Below, in pieces: positions 9,660 to 17,550 of a stretch of 64,000 bases of DNA. Origin of the DNA: an uncultured Spartobacteria bacterium (lineage in GTDB: Bacteria; Verrucomicrobiota; Verrucomicrobiia; Chthoniobacterales; Chthoniobacteraceae); NCBI GenBank assembly GCA_903901425.1, contig CAIURC010000078.1, forward strand, positions 29,828-93,827. Reading direction: 5' to 3'. Under the pieces are notes generated by a model. It was not told the DNA's origin. It saw only the letters and a program-made list of their open reading frames with translations, and searched no databases. A program made the translations under genes and the position numbers. The first letter of the stretch is position 1. Each line of letters begins with the position of its first letter.

Positions 9660-11564
9660 ATGAAAAAGCAAGGCATTCAGACCACTCTGTTCTCCGCCGT
9701 GGGCGTTGCGGCGATGTTCGTCGCGCTCGTGGCGTTCAACTGGATCGCAGCCCGGGGCAAGGCCCGGATCGACCTCACCGCCGAACGCGCCTACACCCTC
9801 TCCGAAGGCACCCGGAAGATCCTCGCAAAACTGGATACGCCGGTCCTAGTCCGGTTCTACTGCACCCGGGGCGACAGCCGGGTACCAGTCTTCCTCAAGA
9901 ACCACGCCCAGAACGTCGAGGACCTCCTCGGCGAGTTCCGGCAGCGGTCCAAGGGCCTCATTGAAATTCAAAAGCTCGATCCTGAGCCGGATTCGGATGC
10001 GGAAGACTCGGCCAAGTTGGATGGGATTGAGCCCCGGATGACGGAACTCGGGGAGCCCTTCTACCTTGGGTTGAGCGTCACGATGCTGGACCAAAAGGAG
10101 ACGGTGCCGTTTCTGGATCCGCAGGCAGCGCGGCTTCTGGAGTATGAAGTGGCCCGCGCGATCTCCCGGGTGATCACCCCGGAGAAACCCACGCTCGGGA
10201 TCCTGAGTGCCCTGCCGGTGGCAGGCCAGCAGAACAACCCGATGATGATGATGCGGGGCAGGCAGGGCGGCCAGCCGGCTTGGCACCTGTACACGGAGCT
10301 GAAGCGGACGTTCAACGTGAAGCAGATCGAGACTAGCGCCGAGTCCATCCCGGACGACGTGAAGGTTCTCCTGGCGATCCACCCCAAGGGGCTCAGCGAC
10401 GCCACCCAGTACGCGATCGACCAGTTCGTGCTCCGGGGCGGCAAACTGATTGCGTTCCTTGATCCGCTGGCCGCGCTCGACGCGCAGGGCGGCGGCATGA
10501 TGGGCGGTGGCCCCACCAATTCCACGATGGAAAAACTGTTGAAAGCGTGGGGGCTCAGTTTCGACACCACCAAGGTCGTGGCGGACATGAATTATGTTGC
10601 CCGCCTCCAGCAGGGCAGGATGCCAGCCGTTCTTCAGTTGAACGAACAGGCGGTCAACAAGGACGACGTGCTCACTGCCGGGAACGACTCCCTGTTCCTC
10701 GGATTCGCCGGAGCCTTCACCGGGACACCCACCGAAGGGCTGACCCAGACCGTGCTCGTGCATTCCTCCGCCAATTCCCAGTTGGTCGACCCGATGACGG
10801 CCCAGATGAGCGGCGAACAGATCGTCAAGGACTTCGCCCCCTCGGGCACGCAGTACACCCTCGCGCTCCGTCTTGCCGGCAAGTTCAAGACGGCGTTCCC
10901 GGAAGGCAAACCGAAGCCGGCCGGCGACCAGCCCAAACCCGAAGACGGGAAACCGGCAGACAAGCTTGAGGAAAAGGCGGGCTTGAAAGAGTCCACGGGT
11001 GAACCCGCGGTGGTTTTGGTGGGCGACACGGACCTGCTCCAAGACCAGCTGGCGGTTGAGGTCGCGATGAACCCATTCGGCGGCCAGCGCATTGCGATTC
11101 CGCGGAACAGCAACATCGCGTTTGCCCAGAGCGCGGTGGAGCAGATGGCCGGAGACAGCAACCTGATTGCTGTGCGCAGTCGGGCCTCGCGCGAGCGCCC
11201 GTTCACGGTTGTTGCCGCGCTCCAAGCCCGGGCCGAGGAAAATTTCCGGAGCAAAATCCGCGAACTGGAGACCGGCTTGGCCGAGGCCCAGCGGAAGCTG
11301 AACGAACTGCAGCGCGCCAAGGGCGGGGAAGGTGGACAGAAGTTCATCCTCTCGTCCGAACAACAGGCTGAGATTGCGAATTTCCGCAAGAAGGAGGCCG
11401 AGACAAAGGTGGAGCTCAAGCAGGTTCGGAAGAAGCTCCGGGCGGATATTGACTCGTTGGAGAACCGCATCAAGTGGCTGAACATCGCCGCGATGCCGGT
11501 CTTGGTGGTGGTCGCCGGTGTCGTGCTGGCGCTGCGCCGCCGCTCCCTGCAGGCCGCCCGTTAA
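9660..11564 (+). CDS. GldG-family ABC auxiliary membrane protein
   Basis: N-terminal TM then RIDLTAERAYTLSEGT; YAIDQFVLRGGK; coiled coil and C-terminal TM. Confidence 0.85.
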   Translation: MKKQGIQTTLFSAVGVAAMFVALVAFNWIAARGKARIDLTAERAYTLSEGTRKILAKLDTPVLVRFYCTRGDSRVPVFLKNHAQNVEDLLGEFRQRSKGLIEIQKLDPEPDSDAEDSAKLDGIEPRMTELGEPFYLGLSVTMLDQKETVPFLDPQAARLLEYEVARAISRVITPEKPTLGILSALPVAGQQNNPMMMMRGRQGGQPAWHLYTELKRTFNVKQIETSAESIPDDVKVLLAIHPKGLSDATQYAIDQFVLRGGKLIAFLDPLAALDAQGGGMMGGGPTNSTMEKLLKAWGLSFDTTKVVADMNYVARLQQGRMPAVLQLNEQAVNKDDVLTAGNDSLFLGFAGAFTGTPTEGLTQTVLVHSSANSQLVDPMTAQMSGEQIVKDFAPSGTQYTLALRLAGKFKTAFPEGKPKPAGDQPKPEDGKPADKLEEKAGLKESTGEPAVVLVGDTDLLQDQLAVEVAMNPFGGQRIAIPRNSNIAFAQSAVEQMAGDSNLIAVRSRASRERPFTVVAALQARAEENFRSKIRELETGLAEAQRKLNELQRAKGGEGGQKFILSSEQQAEIANFRKKEAETKVELKQVRKKLRADIDSLENRIKWLNIAAMPVLVVVAGVVLALRRRSLQAAR

Positions 11565-11579
11565 CCCCCCATTATTCCC

Positions 11580-12914
11580 ATGAAAACCAAGCAACTCGCC
11601 ATTCTTCTTGCGATTGCCGCCGGTCTGGGCGGCACAGTTTGGGTCCTCCAGAAGGGCGGCCAGGACTCCTGGCAGGCCACCCCGGTCCGAGCCGGGGGCA
11701 AGGTTCTGGATTTCTCGCTGAACGATGTTACCTCCGTGGTGCTACAAAACTCCACCGGCACGGTCACCGTGACCCGGAAAGGGGAAAACTGGGTGGTCGA
11801 AGACCGCGCAGATTACCCGGCCAACTTTGAAAGGGTCAGCACCGTGCTGCGGGGCTTGTGGGATCTGAAGGTGGTTCAGGACGTGAAGGTGGGTGCCTCC
11901 CAACTGGCCAGGTTCGACCTCGTCGAGCCCGGGGCTGCCACCCGCGTGGACTTCAAAGACAAGGACGGCAAGCAACTCGCTTCGGTTCTTCTGGGCAAGA
12001 AGTTCATGAAAAAGTCCGATGGCGCCTTGGGCGACATGGGCGAGTTTCCTGCCGGTCGTTACGTGATGCCGGTCGGTAGCGGCCGGGTCTCGCTGGTCTC
12101 GGAAACGTTTGAAGATGCAGAACCGAAGGCGGAATCCTGGATCAACCGGAACTTCATCCGGGTGGAAAGCCCGCGGAGCATCGCGCTTCAGGGAAGCGCG
12201 GCCGGCCAGCAGTGGAAAATCTCCCGGGAATCGGCTTCCGCCGACTGGAAGCTTGAAGGAGCAAAGGACAACGAGAAAATGGACCAAGGCAAGGCTTCAC
12301 CGCTGAGCGGCGCACTTTCCAGCCCCTCCTTTGTTGACGTCCTAGCTCCGGATGCGAAGCCCGCCGACACCGGTCTGGACCAGGCTTCCGTCCTCACCCT
12401 CGAGACGTTTGACGGTTTTGTCTACACCCTCAAAGTCGGCAAAACAGCCGCTGAAAACCTGAACGTCACCGTCGGGGTTGCTGGCAACTTCAGCAAGGAG
12501 CGCACTCCAGCCGCTGATGAAAAGCTGGAGGACAAAACCCGGCTCGATGACGAGTTCAAGGCCAAGCTCAAGCGCCTCGAAGACAAACTGGTTGCCGAGC
12601 AAAAACTCGAGGGCCGCATTTTCCAAGTCGCGAAATTTGTCTTGGATCCGTTCCTCAAGGAGCGGTCTGGTTTCTTCGCGGAGGCCAAGGCCGAGGCTAC
12701 CACGCCGCCCGTGGAGGTTCCCAAACCCGCGGCCAAACCGGCGCCGAAACCGGCACCCAAGCCGGTCAAGCCGGAGGCCGAATCGGCTCCGAAGCCGGCG
12801 GGGGAACCCAAACCCGCAGCTCCGAAACCCGCAGCGGATTCTGCCGGAACAAAGCCAGCGCCGGCCAAACCGGTGAAGCCTGCCGAGGCGCCAGCGGCTC
12901 CGGCCAAGCCCTAG
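11580..12914 (+). CDS. DUF4340 domain protein with Pro/Ala/Lys-rich tail
   Basis: N-terminal anchor; two W..(YPA/EKM) repeat units; usual fourth gene of GldAFG-like modules. Confidence 0.7.
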   Translation: MKTKQLAILLAIAAGLGGTVWVLQKGGQDSWQATPVRAGGKVLDFSLNDVTSVVLQNSTGTVTVTRKGENWVVEDRADYPANFERVSTVLRGLWDLKVVQDVKVGASQLARFDLVEPGAATRVDFKDKDGKQLASVLLGKKFMKKSDGALGDMGEFPAGRYVMPVGSGRVSLVSETFEDAEPKAESWINRNFIRVESPRSIALQGSAAGQQWKISRESASADWKLEGAKDNEKMDQGKASPLSGALSSPSFVDVLAPDAKPADTGLDQASVLTLETFDGFVYTLKVGKTAAENLNVTVGVAGNFSKERTPAADEKLEDKTRLDDEFKAKLKRLEDKLVAEQKLEGRIFQVAKFVLDPFLKERSGFFAEAKAEATTPPVEVPKPAAKPAPKPAPKPVKPEAESAPKPAGEPKPAAPKPAADSAGTKPAPAKPVKPAEAPAAPAKP

Positions 12915-13047
12915 CTGGACGGATGCAGTCCCAGCCGAGGTGCCGCCTGTAAGCACTCACTGGACCACCCCCGACTCGGTGGATCTCAGGGTGTCTTTAC
13001 CTGTACCCGGCTACAGGTTGTCCGGCTGATACCGGCCGGCCTAGGGC
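12908..13047. ncRNA. Candidate structured RNA or miniature inverted-repeat element
   Basis: Nested pairings 12908-14/13041-47, 12932-37/13023-28, 12945-51/13012-18, 12965-69/12978-82; family not identified. Confidence 0.3.
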
Positions 13048-13073
13048 GCCCGGATGCTGCCGTGACCGGGGTA

Positions 13074-13667
13074 TCAGAACTCAAGGCGAAGTCCTTCGAG
13101 GATAAGGCTCATTCGCTTCGACGTGTGCGTCTCCGCGAGAAGTTGTTGTAGCGTCATGGGCTGGGTTACCAAGTGAAAGGCCAACAGGTCGCAAAGCCTG
13201 TCCGCCTCCGATTCTTCACGGGCCAGCTTCAGGAGTGGAATCACTTCGGGAACCTCTTTTGCCCGGTGTTCGAGCGCCTCAAACACTGTTTCCCGAAAGG
13301 CCGCAACTTCTGCAGGATCCGCCGCAACCGGTTGCACCGGGGTGATTTCCGCAATCACGTAGGGCACAGACTGCCGGATCCCGGTGATTTGGACACGCTG
13401 CAGGCCGCGAAGAATCATCTGGGAGGTGCCGTCCTCAGAGAGAACGGAGGAACGGATCAGCCCCGCAGTGGTGTAGGGAAAGATGCCTTTGTCGCTTACG
13501 CGCACGCCCACGCCAAAAAGCCGGTCTGCTTCCAAGGCATCGTGCAGCATCTTCCGGTAGCGTTCCTCGAAGATGCGCAAGGGCAGATCGCAGCCCGGGA
13601 AATGGTAGCATTCCCCAAGCAGGATGATCGGAAGCGTCCCGGGAAGGACAAAGGGTTCGGCAGCCAT
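13074..13667 (-). CDS. LON peptidase substrate-binding (Lon-N) domain protein
   Basis: FPGCDLPLRIFEERYRKM, ILRGLQRV; no ATPase or protease domain; ATG 13667. Confidence 0.85.
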   Translation of the reverse strand: MAAEPFVLPGTLPIILLGECYHFPGCDLPLRIFEERYRKMLHDALEADRLFGVGVRVSDKGIFPYTTAGLIRSSVLSEDGTSQMILRGLQRVQITGIRQSVPYVIAEITPVQPVAADPAEVAAFRETVFEALEHRAKEVPEVIPLLKLAREESEADRLCDLLAFHLVTQPMTLQQLLAETHTSKRMSLILEGLRLEF

Positions 13668-14064
13668 ACGCAGGAGAGTAAAACCTCTGGCTGCAGCGTA
13701 CACGCTGAATCAGGCTGCTGCACGATTCTCTCTCCGAGGGCGGGAATTTTACGGCGTCTCTGGCGGGAGCAGTCGCGGCACACCGGAATCGGACCGAAAT
13801 CTCAAAGGGTTCAAATGGGGTACTCGAGAATCGCGGGGAATCCCCGGCCAATCGGCAGGAGTCGGTGATCCGCCTATTCCAACTCTGGAACTCGGCGTGG
13901 CGCATTTCCCCCGAGCCATGCATCCGGGCGGTGGCCGGCGCGCTGCACTAGGTGCAGTGTCCGGAAGGGAGCGTTTTGCTCGTGCATTTGATAGGGCCAA
14001 TGCCGCCGGTGCGGAGTGTTATTGGCGCTGAAAACAGAGGCCTCTCGACCATCCGGGCTGAAAA

Positions 14065-16086
14065 TCAGTCTACAAACACCGGGGAGCGCTCATCGCTGAG
14101 CTGGATGCCCGATGGACCGTCTCCGGAGCCAGAACGTTTGGGTGCCATGTTCGGTTCGGAGCCGCTCATGCGTCCGGCAAGGCCGCGGTGGAAAATCTGG
14201 CGGCGTTTGAACTGGAGCACCTCCATCCGCCGGATAATCCGGGCGAGTAACCGGACGGCTCCCACCATGCGCGGGCCGCGGTTCAGCATGATGCACTCCG
14301 CCCGCATCCCCATCGCGGCATCCGTCACTTCGGCCCGGGTCGGCACCCCGGAACGTGCCATGTTTTCCAAGACCTGCGTGGCCCAGATGACAGGAATATG
14401 GCAGGCCTCGCCCAGGCAGAGGATCTCCTCTTGAACCTCGGCCACGCGCTCGTAGCTCAGCTCCAGTGCAAGGTCCCCGCGCGCGATCATCAGCCCGACC
14501 GGGGCATGCCGCAGCGCTGCAAACAGGATTTCTTCCAAATGCGCCATGGCCGCCCTCGTCTCCAGTTTTACCACCAGCCCGAGTTTGCGGCCTCCCGCCG
14601 CGGCATTCTCCGAAAGAACTTCCACCCACCGGTCCACATCCGATCCGGCGCAAACAAAGGACAACCCCACGGCATCCGCATGATTCAGCGCAAATCCGAG
14701 CACGGCCTCGTCTCCCGGCCATTCCGCCGTTTCCCGCCAGCGAGTGTCTGGAAACGTGACGCCTTTTCCAGACCGGATCCGCACCCCGGGCTTTGCCACG
14801 GCACGGACCCGGCACAGGCAGCAGCCGGCATCCTCCACCGCAGCGAGTACCCGCCCGTCATCCAGCAGGACCCGGTCCCCGGCGCGCACCGACTCCAAGA
14901 TCCCCGGTTCCAGGAGATCCAGCGTCGGTGTCCCAGCCGGCACTGCCGGGGAGGTGGGATCCGTCCCAAGGTCCGGGCCGGCAGCCGCCCGAGGACGAGC
15001 CCCACCGGGCGGCGCCCGGAGCCTGAACAGGTCGCCTTCCTGGAACCGGCATTCCCCCGGCTGCAGCGGCAACTGGCCCACCCGTCCCCGGCCCAGGACG
15101 AGACCGGCCCGGCGCCAAGCCACCGGCTGGCCCGCCGCCACAAAAAACGAGTCCTCGGACTCGCCCTGAAACCCTTCGGGCAAAGACACGACCCGGAGCA
15201 CGGTGGACCGCTGGCCTTGCGGTTCGAGGAGGATCTCGTCCCCGGGCTCGACCTGCCACTCCGCGGGAAGCGGCAATTCCGCCAAGTCCCGTTCAGGACC
15301 GAACCGGAGGGGGATCCGGGCGGGTTCCGTGGTTTTTCCGGAGCGATCCCTGCGTCGGTGGAGGTGGAGGACCCCGGGTTCGGCGGGCGGGATGAAAACC
15401 CGGAGCTTCGGACCGGGGAGATCCACCAGGACCCGGGCTTCGAGTCCGAGCCGGGCAGCCCTGTCCCGGAAGGTTTGAGCCGCGGCACTCCAGGAGGCCG
15501 GGGAACCCTGGGCGCCGTTGATCCGGAGCAGGGTTGCGCCCGCCCGGAGCACGGCATCCGCCCATGCTGGGCCGGGGTCGGCCGGGGCTGTCACCATGAT
15601 GTGCACGTGCCGGTCGGTTGGGCGGGGCCCGAACAGGGCCCGGGTGTGGGCATGGAGCCGGGCTTCGGCTTCCGCGCGGTCAGGCCCGGCGTCCGGCGGG
15701 CCTTCCAGGGCCTCCCTTGGCCTGCCCTCCACCCAGGCCCTCAGCCGGGCCAGAGTGTCCATGACATGTCCGACGGACCGGCCCACGGAAGACAACCCGA
15801 CCCTGGCCAGCTCGAGCTGGAGCGGAGCCAGTGCCCGGGACCGGAGCCCGAGGTAGGCAGCGAGGTTTCGAGCTCCTTCCCGGTGGAGCTCCAGAGCGCG
15901 CCCGATCTCGCGGGTCCAGCGGCGCTGGCCCTCCTGGGCGGCTTCCTGCATGCCCCGGATGCCCTTCGCGAGTGCGCTCCGGCGGGCATCGGCCGGCGCC
16001 GGCCCTTCGCGAGGGAGCGATGCTGGGAGAAAGGGGCCGGGAGGGCCTGGAGGGCCTGGAGGGCCGGGATTTTCCGGGGATTGCAT
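14065..16086 (-). CDS. pyk: Pyruvate kinase family protein (long atypical form, no C-terminal allosteric domain)
   Basis: DLPGPKLR, LDDG, KLET, IARGDL, ATQVLE, PTRAEVTDA, CIMLN motifs. Confidence 0.8.
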   Translation of the reverse strand: MQSPENPGPPGPPGPPGPFLPASLPREGPAPADARRSALAKGIRGMQEAAQEGQRRWTREIGRALELHREGARNLAAYLGLRSRALAPLQLELARVGLSSVGRSVGHVMDTLARLRAWVEGRPREALEGPPDAGPDRAEAEARLHAHTRALFGPRPTDRHVHIMVTAPADPGPAWADAVLRAGATLLRINGAQGSPASWSAAAQTFRDRAARLGLEARVLVDLPGPKLRVFIPPAEPGVLHLHRRRDRSGKTTEPARIPLRFGPERDLAELPLPAEWQVEPGDEILLEPQGQRSTVLRVVSLPEGFQGESEDSFFVAAGQPVAWRRAGLVLGRGRVGQLPLQPGECRFQEGDLFRLRAPPGGARPRAAAGPDLGTDPTSPAVPAGTPTLDLLEPGILESVRAGDRVLLDDGRVLAAVEDAGCCLCRVRAVAKPGVRIRSGKGVTFPDTRWRETAEWPGDEAVLGFALNHADAVGLSFVCAGSDVDRWVEVLSENAAAGGRKLGLVVKLETRAAMAHLEEILFAALRHAPVGLMIARGDLALELSYERVAEVQEEILCLGEACHIPVIWATQVLENMARSGVPTRAEVTDAAMGMRAECIMLNRGPRMVGAVRLLARIIRRMEVLQFKRRQIFHRGLAGRMSGSEPNMAPKRSGSGDGPSGIQLSDERSPVFVD

Positions 16087-16129
16087 ACTGGGAGTACCTC
16101 GGTTGTGGGAATCGACTGAACCTGCTTTG

Positions 16130-16173
16130 CTGGATTGGGCTGGATTGGGCTGGATTGGGCTGGATTGGGCTGG
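16130..16173. repeat. 10-bp tandem repeat (TGGATTGGGC)x4
   Basis: Four perfect copies at 16131-16170, about 45 bp upstream of the pyk start. Confidence 0.95.
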
Positions 16174-16326
16174 GGGCAGCGAAGGGTCGAGGCTGCGCCC
16201 ATCTCCACCCAGTACTACGGATACCTCGGTAGCTATGGACGCATGGACTGGATGGACTGGATGGACCCGATCCGGCCCCGGTGGGGCCGGGGCGGAGAGC
16301 CTAGCTGCCGGACGGCTGATGCCGGC

Positions 16327-17550
16327 CTACGGAGTCCGTAGTCTGAGCGTTTCGAGGAATGCCGCGGCGGCGGTCCGGAAAGTGGAGTCGTCGGGGACGG
16401 CGCCGGTCTTCTGGAAGGTGTCGGAAACAAACTGCCTCGCCCACGCGTAGTAGCGCTGGTGCGTGTGGTACACGGGCATTTTGGTGCCGGTGGAATCGAT
16501 CATCCAATACCCGATCTGTTCCCCGCCCGGTCCGACCTCGTTATTGTAGAGCTCCCAGTACAAGACCAAGGGACAGCCCCACTGGATGCCGGTCTGCATC
16601 ACCACCAGCGATTTTTCGTTCGTGGTTTCAGGCGTCTGCGGCTTCAGGTTTTTTCCAAGGAGTGCCGGGAACCCGTACTCGCCGATGAACACGCGTTTGC
16701 CTGAGATTGGGGGTTTGGGAGCAAGCCGTGCTTCGATGAAGTCGAGCGCGGCCCGGATTTTCTGGGGCTCAGTCCGGTTGGTGGTGTCGTAGGCGGAATA
16801 GGAGACGAAATCGACGGGGACATGGGGGAGAACCTGGTTGACCAGCGCTGGCCGATTCTGGTCCATGGCGAGCACCACGTGGTTGACCTCGGTATAATGC
16901 CAGACCGCCATGCCAGTGGGCGGGGTGTCGCGTTTTGCGTCATCGACGGCCTGCTGGCGGACATTCAGCCATGCTATCATGCCAGCGACCTTTTCCGGGG
17001 TGACCCTGGCGTCGTCCTCTTTGCTGACGGTATGCCGGAGCATGCCGTCGCCCTCCCAATGGCCGAGGTAGAATGTTTTGCCGGAGAGGCGGTAGGTTTT
17101 TAGGAGGTGGGTCGCAAACTCGTAGACCTCGCGGTACTCGCGGTCCGCCTCCTGGGGGGAAAGGCCGTCCTGCCATGGGTTGTGGCTGAACGTATTAGTC
17201 CAGAGGACGAAATGGGCGAATGGCATATCGAGCACCGCGCGGTAGGCGGGCTCGTGTGAGGCGAGGTCCGTCAGCGAGGTCATGCCGGGTTTGCACCGGC
17301 GGTCCTTTTTGTAATCCGGTCCGAGGCTGAATTTGAGGACCGTCGCTCCCATGTTCTGGATGACGCCGGCGGTTTCCAGCAGCACGGGTTTGTCCTCGAA
17401 CTGGTAGGAGGCGCCGATGGTCTGCGTGCCGAGCACGTAGTTGAACCGGTCCATGGGTGTTTCCGGGCCGGCGGCGGATGCGGGAGGCAGGAAAGCGACT
17501 CCGGTCAAAAGCAGGGTAAAGAATCTGCGCAGCATGGCGGTGGGTTTCAT
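16327..17550 (-). CDS. Secreted hypothetical protein, possible TIM-barrel glycoside hydrolase
   Basis: Start revised to ATG 17550 (4-bp overlap with upstream gene); signal peptide; GHWEGD, DFVSYSAYD, FIGEYG, YWELYNNE motifs. Confidence 0.5.
   Translation of the reverse strand: MKPTAMLRRFFTLLLTGVAFLPPASAAGPETPMDRFNYVLGTQTIGASYQFEDKPVLLETAGVIQNMGATVLKFSLGPDYKKDRRCKPGMTSLTDLASHEPAYRAVLDMPFAHFVLWTNTFSHNPWQDGLSPQEADREYREVYEFATHLLKTYRLSGKTFYLGHWEGDGMLRHTVSKEDDARVTPEKVAGMIAWLNVRQQAVDDAKRDTPPTGMAVWHYTEVNHVVLAMDQNRPALVNQVLPHVPVDFVSYSAYDTTNRTEPQKIRAALDFIEARLAPKPPISGKRVFIGEYGFPALLGKNLKPQTPETTNEKSLVVMQTGIQWGCPLVLYWELYNNEVGPGGEQIGYWMIDSTGTKMPVYHTHQRYYAWARQFVSDTFQKTGAVPDDSTFRTAAAAFLETLRLRTP

Noticed and set aside
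12960..13047. TPP or glycine riboswitch resemblance
   Set aside because: Only fragments match and the site lies downstream of both flanking genes
13955..13972. SRP RNA-like CAGTGTCCGGAAGGGAGC
   Set aside because: Has an extra base and lacks the AGCAG half of the conserved loop; no long flanking helix seen
16131..16170. CRISPR array
   Set aside because: 10-bp head-to-tail repeats without spacers; no cas genes in the window
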